In this document: positions 39,801-51,200 of the stretch, piece after piece
Position numbering within the stretch: position 1 is the stretch's first letter
Layout: each line of letters starts with the position of its first letter
Assembly: GCF_040938485.1 (NCBI RefSeq)
Contig: NW_027271309.1
Span: 62,001 to 126,000 of the forward strand
DNA length: 64,000 bases
From: Diadema antillarum
Taxonomy: Eukaryota
Reading direction: 5' to 3'
The notes under the pieces: generated by a model
Told to the model about the DNA's origin: nothing
Seen by the model: the letters and a program-made list of their open reading frames with translations, nothing else
Database searches by the model: none
Position numbers and translations under genes: made by a program

Positions 39801-42800
39801 GTTTCAAGTAGAAAGGGAACAGAGTGTACTCTATAAGCAGTAGAAATGATACGTAAATATGACAACACATAAGTCCTGGCATTTTAGGGACCCCGGGGAT
39901 AACAAATATTTTGGTTCATCTGTTATGCTTTCAAAACAATATGCAAATAAAATATCCATAACATGGCCATGATTTCTGTGAAGTTGAAACTAGAAATAAC
40001 TCGTGGCATTTACGCACATTATCAAGTATGTAAATTCTGCGTGCAACGGCAGCCTTTCCCCCTACAATTTTGCATAACTTTGGCTCTAGAAAAGTCCCTG
40101 TGTAAAAACTATCTGCAGATGCTAAAGCACTATCACAGGAAACGTTTCATTCTCTGATGCAAATGAGGAGTCAGATTGATTGTAGCCATGTCTCTCGCTG
40201 TTCTGACACGAATTGACAGCAACAGGTGCAAACTGGGGAAATTTGAAAGGCTCACAAAGGAGTTATACATTCTTTTAGCAAATTTCATATGAGTACACTA
40301 TTCTACAGCTTTAAAAAAGAAAGAAAGAAAGAAAGAAAGACTAAAAAAACATGTCCAGATAAGAGATTAAAAAAAAAAAAAAAAAAAATTAACCTTACCT
40401 TTAGTTCTTCCAGTGCTTGTTCTGTGTAATGGCACAATACAAGGCAACACTGTGGTGATGCTGTATTGATGAGATGGAGGTAACTCTTCTTGAACATCAC
40501 ATGGTGTCTGATATCTGTCAGGTGACCAAGTGAAGATGCTGGCACATTGGTATCCAGAGAGCTTAGGATCTCTGCATCTGTAGAATTCATTTGGTCAGAG
40601 CTCAGCTTATAGAAACATTGTGGAAATAGCATTACATGATGCACTTTTGCTTAAGTGAAGTATTTGAAATTATATAAATACAGCAACAAGACTTCATCAA
40701 GGTGAATTGTGATTTGCTAAGTCACATAAATAGCCACTATTTTCACAGTATATTCAAATCCACTGCATTATGTCAGTATGTCAAAACAAAAGTTGCACCA
40801 CAATTAATCCTTTTTCTCTCTCATTGACCTTTCTTTATCTTCTGCTGGACTAAAATGTTTCAAAATGTTGTATTATCTTCTTCTTTTTTTCTATTTCACA
40901 CATGACATATTTTCCACATCTCATCACTCCATTCTCAAAAACATTCCTACAGACACTTATGAGATACAGGCCTCTTTGTACATTATATAAGTCGGTACGA
41001 CCATTCTTAAATACAGTTGTTGTATCACCCCACTGGCTACATTCTTCAATCTATTTCTAACTACTATAAATGTCTAGATACTCGAAATGACACCATGCTA
41101 TTGATAAACTGAGCATTAAATTAAAAGCCTTTGATTGTCTCCCACATTTGATATTATTGTTTTCTCTTTCATTATCTTTTTCAACATTTTTTCCACCTTT
41201 GTCTCTTGTAAATGATTCCTCATCTAATAATTTTGTATCTTTGTCTGTTTTTATCCAACGTAAAGTAAATGAAGTGTAGTTGAATTGGATGAATTGAGTG
41301 ATTGGAATTAGAAAAGAGTGATTTCATACCAGTGATCCGTTGCACCTCCCTGATGTGAAGCAGAGAGAGGCGATCCAAAGCCTGCACTCCCCTCGCCCTG
41401 AGGTACCCCTTCACCGAGGGGTGAATGACCCTCTGACATGCGACCAGCCCCACCCCATGAGCCACAAGGTGATCAACCAGGTCCTTCATGGCAGCCAGGG
41501 TGGCATCCTCAGCATGCAGTCCAGGGGACAGCTCATACCTGTTTAAATGACAAAGAGATCCACCATGGCAGACATGAATACATATAAAGGCATGTGGATT
41601 TGTAGGAACAATTTCTTTGCATATTTGCATGGGACAAAATAAATATGAAACTACAGGAAAATATGATCCATGAACCGGACTACTGTATACTGTAAAAGTG
41701 GCTATTTTCGCGCAAGTAATTTTTCGTGCTCCACCAGGTAAGATGACTTTCACATTTTTAATTCCGCGGAATGAGGACATTAACTTCTGGAACATATGGC
41801 ATGCAAAAATATTCATGTGCTTTCATTTTTGCGCTAGCTCCTGGTTGCACCAAATGTGCAAATAATTACACTCTGCGAAAATTTCTGCTTTTACCATAAG
41901 TTGAAATTTTTGCACAATTAACATTTTGCTCTCGGTCAGGTAAGATGAATTTTTTATTTTTTATTTCATGGACGGTCAGAAAAATTGAGCAAACACTTCA
42001 AACAGCTCACCACTGCAATGGTGGACAAGGGCAAATTGCTCAAGTAAATGGTAACTGGCCTGCATTACGACAGCAAATTTGTTCATGCTACAGGACTGGA
42101 GAATATGAATATACAGTATTATATATATGATTATATATTATGAATATGAAAGTATAAATAACATGAAGCCAAACAAATGGCAAGAACATTTGTGTGCTTT
42201 AACTCATGTACCAGTTTCATGTCACACAAAAGGCACACAAATGTTCACTTTTATAGTACATTACAGCTACCAAACACATATCCATAATGTTTTTGCAGTC
42301 ACTGATGTAGATTTTCTTAATTACAAGCATGATGTAGTGAAGCAAATGTCTACCAGGTATTCCCTGTACAAGAAACACTGGTACCTTACTGGACATTGTA
42401 CTACAGCCCACTTCACTAACAATACTTGACAATTGAATACACGGCAAAAATCATACATCTACACTGCAGTTCCAAAACGAGTCATGAATGATAGCTCTTG
42501 TCTGGTTACATACAGTACTGGGAAAGCACCATATGAACAGAAGATGTATCGATTTACCTGACATCAATGAACTCTTCACTGTCGCCAGCCAGAGATATGT
42601 CATACAGTGCCACTCTGATACCACCTCCTTCTGGTCCTGTGTGGACACCAGGTGTTCCCAGGTCTCTCTTGAAAGAGGTTGGAATATCTGGAGCGGCCAT
42701 CAAGACTCCCTGCACGAAGTGTGACCCCGAGATTGGCCAAGACTCGACGCCTACGATTTGGACTTGTGGCAAGGTGAGCACCTGCTGGCTGTTTGGACTG

Positions 42801-43390
42801 GGGATAGATGAGACAAAAGCCTGCATCACAAGGCTAGAGATGAAGGTCACTTGACCCGTGTCCATGCCACACCCAGGCTTGCTCCCGATGACTGGCCTCA
42901 CCAATGACAACATGGCGTCCATTGATGCTAGGTCAATTGGTATGCGCAAGCCATCTTGTTGATTCAATGTTTGCAGACAAAGGTCTTGCAGAATCTCATT
43001 GACACTCACACACAACACCGGGTGGAGTCCACTCTCCCAACATTCTTCAATCAAGGCACAAGTCAGTAGAGCCGTGTACAACCCTCCGTCTGACCAAATT
43101 TTCAGGTGCCCCTCCACAGCTGCGGCAATGAGCTTCAGGATCGGCTTAGTGAGTGACATGGACTGCAGCAGCCGCTGGCTGGACGAGGTCAGAGTGAGGT
43201 GACCGCCAGACTGATTTTGAATCATCTTGAGAAATCCCGAGGGACCAAAGCTGGAGCTAAGAATGGAGCGGAAGACACGGAGAGCTCTTACATTAGCTGG
43301 ATGTTGCTGTTGGTAGGATGAGATATGAGACTGTTCCCTAGGTGTGGCAGACACTTGGGAATTACATGATCCTGGTGAAAAGGCACTCAT
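36805..43390 (-). CDS. MKKS: McKusick-Kaufman/Bardet-Biedl syndrome 6 chaperonin-like protein (~659 aa)
   Basis: Phase-compatible GT-AG exons 43390-42558, 41538-41330, 40577-40399, 38815-38705, 37452-36805 (1980 nt). Motifs SSFGPSGFLK, LTSSSQRLL, SDGGLYTALL, CQRVIHPSVK, LKDPWALPGAGC, CACGL, FRVAVETANMVL match recalled human MKKS (CYGPSGRLK, SDCGLFTAIL, CQKVIHPSLK, LKEPWALLGGGC, CGCGL, LQVAVETANLIL). Confidence 0.93.
37712..38159. mobile_element. CTGTAAAA-terminated MITE family, copy in MKKS intron 4
   Basis: Near-perfect TIR TACTGTAAAAGTGGTTTC / GAAACCACTTTTACAGTA; CGCG-rich palindromic interior. Confidence 0.8.
38876..39059. mobile_element. Tc1/pogo-like MITE, CAGTCAACC family, copy in MKKS intron 3
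   Basis: TA-CAATCAACCTTGCCTAAGTCGAATC ... CGGTTGACTG-TA; reverse complement of 36027-36206. Confidence 0.7.
39119..39211. mobile_element. About 90-bp piggyBac-like MITE family, copy 1 of 4
   Basis: TTAACC...GACGAGT...CTCGGGCAAGTGTCTATGGGAAATGCGTGTTGTAGCAAAATCAGC...GGGTTAA. Other copies at 49803-49895, 56340-56432 and inverted at 62248-62340. Confidence 0.8.
41688..41897. mobile_element. CTGTAAAA-terminated MITE family, copy in MKKS intron 1
   Basis: TACTGTAAAAGTGGCTATTTTCGCGCAAG left end; degenerate right end GCGAAAATTTCTGCTTTTACCATA. Confidence 0.65.
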
Positions 43391-43567
43391 CTAAAAGGAG
43401 AGCATAAAGGAAGAGAGAAAAGATATTACTGATATGAAGTGACTTTATCCAAACAAATGACGAAGTAGCAACAGTAAGATAAATGATTCACTGCTTAGCG
43501 TTTATATAGTAATGGTTTCAAAGGAAAGTTGTCTCTCAATGAAAGGGTAAAATTACTTTGTTTGGTA

Positions 43568-43757
43568 TACAGTGCACTCCCGATATAACGAACACGGTTA
43601 TAGCGAAATTCTGGTTACAACAAAGTGAAAATTCAGGCCGCAACATTATCCACTCTTTTTATTTTTATTGTTTATTTGTTCGGTTATAACGAAATTTCGA
43701 TATAACGGAAGAAAACAGCCGGTCCCGAGGACTTCATTATATCAGGTGTCCACTGTA
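43568..43757. mobile_element. Tc1/pogo(Tigger)-like MITE between the uMKKS2-like exon and MKKS exon 1
   Basis: TA-CAGTGCACTCCCGATATAACG ... TATCAGGTGTCCACTG-TA. Confidence 0.75.
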
Positions 43758-44223
43758 TTACTTTAAGGGCAGTCATTAAGACATTTATTACAGCACATCT
43801 CATTCCAGCCTGCATAGCATGAGTTCATCGAGTGCCTGTGTTTTCCCTGGTTGGGCAGCCATGTCATAGTGTACATAAAGTTACCTCATATCCAAGCCAG
43901 TAATCCACAAAGCCAACTAGACCAAGCTTTGTGATATGTTTGGGTTTCTCACTTCAAGATATCATATTGACGGTATTCTATATTCAAGTCTCAGAAGTGA
44001 GATAAATTTCATAGATGGTGACCTGACATAAATGTTTGGTGGTCTTGAAACTTGCTTCCTAGTTACCTCAAACAAAATGGTCGAAGAATCCAGTGCATGA
44101 AATAAAAGGTGTTTCTTCTTCTTCTTTTTTTTTATAAGTTTCCCTTTTTTGGAAGAAAGGCCTGCCTGCACAATTTCTCACATGGAACATTTCACTCACT
44201 TTGCTTGCCTCTGGAGCTTTCAC

Positions 44224-44391
44224 TTATTTGTCATCTGCACGTATAACCAGAGATGCATCTATCTTTTCTTCTGGTTCAGTCACAGAAGCTTTGGCCAGTT
44301 TCTGGATATTGTAGATGGTCAAGTGAATAGCAACCAGAGTGACCCCCACAGTCAGTATCTTGTGCTCCATTATTAGCTTCCGAAGACCCAT
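44224..44391 (-). CDS. uMKKS2-like single-TM microprotein (55 aa) on its own exon (about 44483-44200) upstream of MKKS
   Basis: MGLRKLIMEHKILTVGVTLVAIHLTIYNIQKLAKASVTEPEEK... in strong Kozak context (acaATGG). Aligns with recalled human uMKKS2 (LLVAGISFIGVHLGTYFLQRSAKQSV): shared HL..Y..Q..AK.SV. Flanked by acceptor TTTCAG (44484) and donor AAA|GTGAGT (44199). Confidence 0.75.
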   Translation of the reverse strand: MGLRKLIMEHKILTVGVTLVAIHLTIYNIQKLAKASVTEPEEKIDASLVIRADDK

Positions 44392-44996
44392 TGTTGGAGA
44401 TAAGTGAATGTCCAACCAACTACACACTGCAGATCACTCCTCAGTCCAGGCGATGATTGAAAAATGAGTTAACTGATAAAAACCTGAAACATGAAGAACA
44501 TTTTTTTTTTCATTATAATATTAGCTTCTTATTTTCAGTGCGCATGTCTCATATATTTTATATGATCTCTGTTAAGTTACATGGTACTGTATTTATCTCA
44601 GGCATTCAGTAAAAAAAAAGGTCACAATACTGCTCCGAACTTGAATAATCTTTTCACACAAGTTCAGGTCAAATTAAACAAACTAAAATTAGGGAGAGTG
44701 CACACTTCATTATCACCATCTACGAAATCCCCTGACAAATGTTTTTTTCTCAGATTGTAATGACATCACTCAGTGTAACTTTTTGGCTAATACCTCACAT
44801 TTTCATCATTGCCCAATTGATATGACATCACAGCATTATTTCACACATTTCTTATGCACACAATGTATGCCTGTGTGTCGATTCTAGAGCAAAAATCGAC
44901 AGCTTCTGCAACCATAAGGAAACTATGTGTTACCTTTAACAAGTGACTAAAAGTCAACAGATAGAGGGAGAAAGAGAGGTGAGAGGTACTCACAAG

Positions 44997-45209
44997 CTAG
45001 TTGGACTTCTCAGCAGATGCTTTGGTGGCCTGTGATTTGATGTAAGCAGGTATTCGATCCAATTTCTTCTTCCCAGCTGATTCCGTGTTAAAGACGGGAT
45101 CATTGGCTATGTAGAACCACCCCAAATGGACAAATGTGAGACCGATCACGCCGACAAACAGAACTTTATTGCGTACAAAGAAGTTTTTCCTCGGAACATG
45201 CGGGTTCAT
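44997..45209 (-). CDS. uMKKS1-like single-TM microprotein (70 aa) on its own exon (45267-44994) upstream of MKKS
   Basis: MNPHVPRKNFFVRNKVLFVGVIGLTFVHLGWFYIANDPVFN... aligns with recalled human uMKKS1 (RDYKVLVVMVPLVGLIHLGWYRIKSSPVFQ): shared KVL, HLGW, PVF. Acceptor TTCTTCTTTTAG at 45268; donor GTGAGT 3 nt after the stop. Confidence 0.82.
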   Translation of the reverse strand: MNPHVPRKNFFVRNKVLFVGVIGLTFVHLGWFYIANDPVFNTESAGKKKLDRIPAYIKSQATKASAEKSN

Positions 45210-46131
45210 GATGACTTTGATTCCAGTGAAATATCTTGAGATGAAGGATCATTGGTGGCAGGAAAATCTAAAAGAAGAAAGAACAATTTCATTGGCTTAA
45301 TCTCACCATGTTTTATCAGCTTTGGAACTGACTGATAACATCAGCTTGTAACAATGCAAAGACAAAGTTAGAATAGATCTCAGTATTGCAAGCTGCTAGC
45401 TGCACTGCACACTTTTTGAAGTAATCATTCAGGAGGATGTAAATTTATAGAGTGTGTCGGTGTGTTTAGCGGAATACAGTTGTATTACCAAATATGTTGT
45501 ACCTGCTGTGAACTGGCTCACCGCCGCATACTGCCGCAATTACTCTATTTTCCAAATTGCCATTTTGCCTACTTGAAATAGATTAATCATTTCATATGTC
45601 ACATTAGAGCTTAGAGGATTGAACAGCAGCCTGAATTATCTGAATTAATTTACCTACGATCATTCGATTACTGAAAGTTGAAAACTTGGGTACTTGCGAG
45701 GCGAGGGCCATTCAAAGCCAAAGGATTCAATCCTGAGCCTGAGGAGATAATAAAACATAACTAGTAGAATCTAATCTAGTGAGATATCAGTTCGAAATGT
45801 CACGCACAAAAGGCCTACACTAGTCACTAGACTCTAATCTAGGACTTAGGAGTTGGCCTAGACCTAGTAGAATTTGCATTAGCAGGCTGGGACAACTGTG
45901 CTCTGGAAATTGATCCCAGCGGGAGTCACACATATCGCAATAGGTGGGACTGTACTTACCAACAAACATCTCGTCAGAAGTAGGTTTTACTACACAAATT
46001 ATATCTTCATTATGCTTGCATTCTACATCAGTGAGATATTACATATTGTACCGTCACTCTATACTGTCACTCCCAAGCATATGACTGAAAGAAATTGCTA
46101 ATGTACGTAAAGAATGGCAAATCTGACTTAC

Positions 46132-46250
46132 CGAAATATCGACGGCCAGTGTAGACACGTGAAACACCTGTGATGTAATCAAATTCTATACAACGCAATA
46201 TCTTGACGTAACTTTGTAGCTACTGTATGTAATCGAACGACTGACGCCAG
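46132..46250 (-). other. Probable non-coding first exon of the uMKKS1-uMKKS2-MKKS transcript
   Basis: Canonical donor TTCG|GTAAGT at 46131, an ATG-free upstream stretch and local CpG enrichment. The 5' boundary is unknown. Further minus-strand donors near 45959 may mark alternative first exons. Confidence 0.4.
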
Positions 46251-46371
46251 TGTACAGATGGGGAACAGACTTAAAAACGAACAAACAAACAAACAAACAA
46301 ACAAACAAAAACTGAGTTGGATCATGCAAAAAGCCCATTTGCCTGAATATATGTATATATAAATATATATA

Positions 46372-46421
<50 letters not shown>

Positions 46422-48210
46422 TCCCCCATATCTATTATTCTACATCAGACATTCATCTGTGCACGAAATACATTGTAATATTTCAAATAACATCGTAATA
46501 TTTCAAATGCAATACTTTGAAAACAAAACAACCAATAAAAATATCGTGACTCATGCCATCATATAATACATATCAAGAAAACTGGTGTCTTAACAGACAC
46601 CATTTTTCTGAAACACTTTTGCAACTTATGATTATTTCTTGCAATTAATTTTTCTTTATCATGATAATATTATGATATTATTATGACATGTTATCGAAGA
46701 TAGTATAAGGGAATATTATTCCCTTATACTATCTTTACATAAATCAAAACGAGGTATTATTTTTTTCTATTTTACAAACATAAATTTCATATCTCACAAG
46801 CATAGTAATACAATTCATTGCCGTATTGTTAATACCCAAAAAACCAAATAATTTATTTTCCATCATAAATGTTATTTCTAACCATGCGTTAACATTAATC
46901 CATTCTCTTACTTCAACCGACAATCTACCAACATATTGACACTCACTCAAAAAATTTATTAAAATCTCAACATACACATTACAAAAGGAACTCTTTTTTT
47001 TTTTGGTATATAACGAACTGTTTTATATATATAACGAACATTTGAATAAATACTTATGGGAACTAAATCGAAATAGAATGAAGTACTATAGTAAAAAAAA
47101 AAAAAAAAAAAACAGGCACGCTGATCCATTAGGGGGGCATTTCCAATCAAAAGAGACCCCCCCCCCCCCTGCGAAGATCTAACTGTTACAGGTGGTGGGT
47201 CGGATCCTTGTGAAAGGTTCACTTGTATAAACATTTCAAAATTTCCATAGAATGAAAATCAGGAGGGACATTGTGAAGTTAAAATTCAGAATTCGCTTTC
47301 ATTTCTTTCTTTTCCTTGTTCATTTCTGTTGACGGATTGTTGTAGACTTTTCTTATGAAATAAAAGACAGATGACAAGACAGTGATTGTAATTTCCTGCT
47401 AGATTTCAAGAACCAGAGTCCGCACAAAATGGACATAGAAATAGGGCCTAATAAAGAAAATGCAGATAAATAGATGGATAAACATATACCCTGATTATAA
47501 AGAAAGAAAGAAAAAAAGAAAGAAAAAGAAGGAGTTTAATTGATACTTGATGAGATGATAACCTTTGTCGCTTATAGCCTAGTAGTATTATATTGGGGTG
47601 CCATAGGTCAATACGGGAGTGCCACGAGTTGGTATGGTACAATCAAGCAAAAAAATACAGTAAAATTTACCCCTTTGGTGGGATTATAGCAACAATTTGA
47701 GTTCGGTACTATGTTGGGCCCATGGAAATTATACATGAGGCAGAACAACCTCCTGAAGGACTAACCTTGATTCCTGTAGTGTATATTCAGGAAAGTGGTT
47801 AAAGATCATCACTGTTCTTACAAAGTACGAGAATTTGTATGCATTTTAGTGTTGCAGTCTTGCAGAGAAAGTGTCCTTGGTGGTATGTTGCTGGAGTGAT
47901 GGTGAGAAAACTATCTGATGATAATAGATTCCGTGGAAGCAAGTGGTCGAGTTTAATTTACCATGTGCAAAATGTGTTTATGAATGAATCATTAGACAAG
48001 TTTACAAGAATAAGTGAAACAAAAGTAAATGATATTAGCTTGTTAATGTTATTTATAAATAACCTTTACAAGTATAGACGCGCATTCTGTACGATGAAAA
48101 TTACTACAAGTATTTCATCATCTTGACGACATGATCTACCGGACTCATTTCGGAAATGTCGCCCTCTCCCGTTTCATCTCAGGCACACACATCCACATTG
48201 GGCAAACAAC
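46200..48210. promoter_or_regulatory. Divergent intergenic/promoter region between the MKKS unit (-) and TIMM50 (+)
   Basis: About 2 kb between two oppositely oriented 5' ends. Contains a (TA)n tract at about 46350-46420 and a CRE-like TGACGTAA near 46204. No specific element is proven. Confidence 0.45.
46350..46420. repeat. (TA)n microsatellite
   Basis: Directly visible. Confidence 0.85.
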
Positions 48211-51200
48211 ATGGCAGCGCTCTGTGGTACATGTGTAGTGAGGCACGGCCTGCGAGTCCTTGGATCGAACGCTTGCAGGACGACGAGGAGATCAAATCAT
48301 GTTTTCTCAAGAACTATACCAGGATCTTACGTAAACAGAGTAAATAGAACCAGTCTTGGCTTCTCCGTCTCAGCATCGCTAAGGAATGAAGATAAATTGT
48401 CTGCTTCGAGTCGGGATGGCGAAACTGCATCAACCTTGCCTCTTGCTGCAATGTTACGTGAGGCTGAGGAGAAGGCGAGAAACGAAACGGAGGATGACAA
48501 GAAGCGAAAAGAGGAGAGGAAAAAACGGACGGCACGGATACAAAAATGGGCAATGCGTATCACGGGAGGGATGCTTGCCGGAGCTTCTCTACTAAGCATT
48601 TATGAATTAGGTAGAGTTTCTGTAGATTCTATGTAATATTATCCAAGGCCTCTCAAGCATTGCCGGAATTGCCATTAGTCTATCATTTTGGTTAGGGCCT
48701 AAATCTGAGCCATTCTGTTGGCGTTGCTTTAAAGTAAACTACACAGAAGCACTCTGGGCTGAGACGAGACCGCAGACCTCTGCTAGGCATGCAGCTCATT
48801 TCCACCACTGATCTTGTTCTTCCATAGTCATAGAGATCAGTGATTTCCACCCATACCATATGTCTGCGTGCTGAAAGTTGTCAGATTTCCCGAAGCCTTT
48901 TGTTACGTCATGAACTTCCAGCTGCGCAACATGGCTTTAGCCTTAGCAGAAACTAGATACTACTAGAGCATGCACTCAAGTGCTCGCATGCAAACCTCAA
49001 ATATGCGCAGCCTGAACTCCCAAGTTCGTGGACCCTACCTGCCAAAATATAAAAAATCCTTCATAAATTCCAATATCACAACCAAACTTCAATCATCTGT
49101 TACTTGTGTCATTCTCGACCTCTTCTATAAGTTTCATCCAAATTTAGTTATTTTGCACATAGACAAACAAACAATCCGACAAACCAGCGGTAATGAAAAC
49201 ATAACCTCCTCCCTTGGAGGTAATAAAAGGCTGCAATCAAACTGGAGTAAACTTAAACCTATCATGATTGAGTAATCAAAGACTATAATGTTTGATTTTC
49301 TGACTTCTACTTGATCACAACTTATGTTATGTGTGTGCCTCAACAAGTACCAGTAGAATCTATTTCAAGTTGACTTTGCTAATGCACATATCACACTCAT
49401 CATTACTGTCCTGCAATTGAGCGAAGGTGGACACATGATGAAGAAGGAAAAAATTGAAATTCAGCTCTGATTGTATCATTCAAACTATAAACACCTCATT
49501 GGGTCATCAGTGAGGTTCAGCCTTGTTGAGCAGCCACTTCATGAGTGGTGGCAATATTTAGCAAGCAAAACAGACAACAAAAGACAATAAAACAAAACAA
49601 ACTAAAACAATAATAGAATATCTGATAATTGACATTTTAATACTACTAGATTGTACTGTAGAATCCTCTTAAAGAGTTTAGGATACTTGAAGAGCAACAA
49701 CAACAAAAACATAAAAACAAGAGTCACAGTTTGTAGACTGACAAAGAAGTGTAGGACAATTGCAGTTTGCCCTTAGAAGAACGAGGAAGTACGACTATTG
49801 TCTTAACCCGTTGAGGACGAGTCCCGCGTATACTCGGGCAAGTGTCTATGGGAAATGCATGTTGTAGCAAAATCAGCCCGTTCTAAACGGGTTAATTGAG
49901 TATTACTTGGCTGTAGTTGTGCAACCATATAGTCTAGTATGATCTAGGATTTCTACTTTTCATACCACAATTACTACCAATTTCTAACTGCAGATGCTAC
50001 TGAGTTACAGGTGAACCAAGATATTGCTAATATTCTTACTATGTCACTGTGTGTAAGAGCAGGCACATCGTGTTTGTTTATTTTCCTGATGTGTTAGTGC
50101 TATGCTGGATGCCTATTATTATGATTTAGTGCATGAATCACAACATAAATCTTTTTATGGAAAGGTTGATCACTTACAAGCCCGTTTAGCAGCTTTCCCA
50201 GCTTTAATGTGTAGAAGCATGTAACAGCCTTCATTTCTGTATTGTGCTCTGCTCTTTGATTAGCTTGTCATTACACATCCTGGTGCAACAAATGTTTGAA
50301 TCTGTTTTGATCTGAACCTCAGAATAAAAGATGAATGTAGTGTGCATATTAGAATAAAATGTCTACATTTCTTTGATTGGTTTTTAATGTGTTTTTCAAT
50401 TTTTCAGGTCAACCTCAACTCGATGAACATGGCAAAGAAGTGAGTATACTTATGTTGACTGTTCATGTTTTGAAGACTGTGTTAAAGATAATGGTTATTG
50501 TGTCAACAGGTGTGAACATTATTATCTATTTGATACTGTGTATATCAACTAACTTCATACTTTCTTTTCATATTCTAGATAGAAGACGAATTTCATAAAG
50601 ACTTCATAGTGTGGGCATATCTTCAGAGAGCATACACAGAAGTGAAGAATTACAGGACGGTACGTTGCACACACATAATATATATGTATTTATTTTCTTC
50701 TTTCTTGACGGTCTAACTTTGATGCTCACACTTAATCCAATTCATGTGGCATTGTGATGATATGCCTCTGATATAGATTCTCACAGGAATATGGATTATC
50801 ATTTCAGATCATCTGATATAAACCTTATAATGCATCTCCCTTGTGTCATGTTGTGAGATGTCTAAAGTTCTTGCACCTTTCAAACTTGTTAGAAAACTTC
50901 AACTTTATATATGAGGGAATTGATATATCATCCTTATGAATTAACAAGAAGGTTCACTCCATTGTCATAATAATGTCAGTTTTGCTTGTACATCTTTATT
51001 CAGTAAACAGTTCATTGTAGGATAAAGAAATAAATGTCACATATAATATATCATGTGGAATTCCACTCTGTGATGAGAGAAGTAACCAAGCTCCAGTGCA
51101 AATATGTGACTACATGACAACTAGCAAGTACACTTGGAATAGCAAATGAAATACAGTTGTATGATCTTGTAAAAGTTTGTTTTGCTCCAGCATAAGTGTG

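Noticed and set aside
41220-41816. 198-aa ORF as a stand-alone gene
   Set aside because: Only 41538-41330 is MKKS exon 2; the rest is intron and MITE sequence read through.
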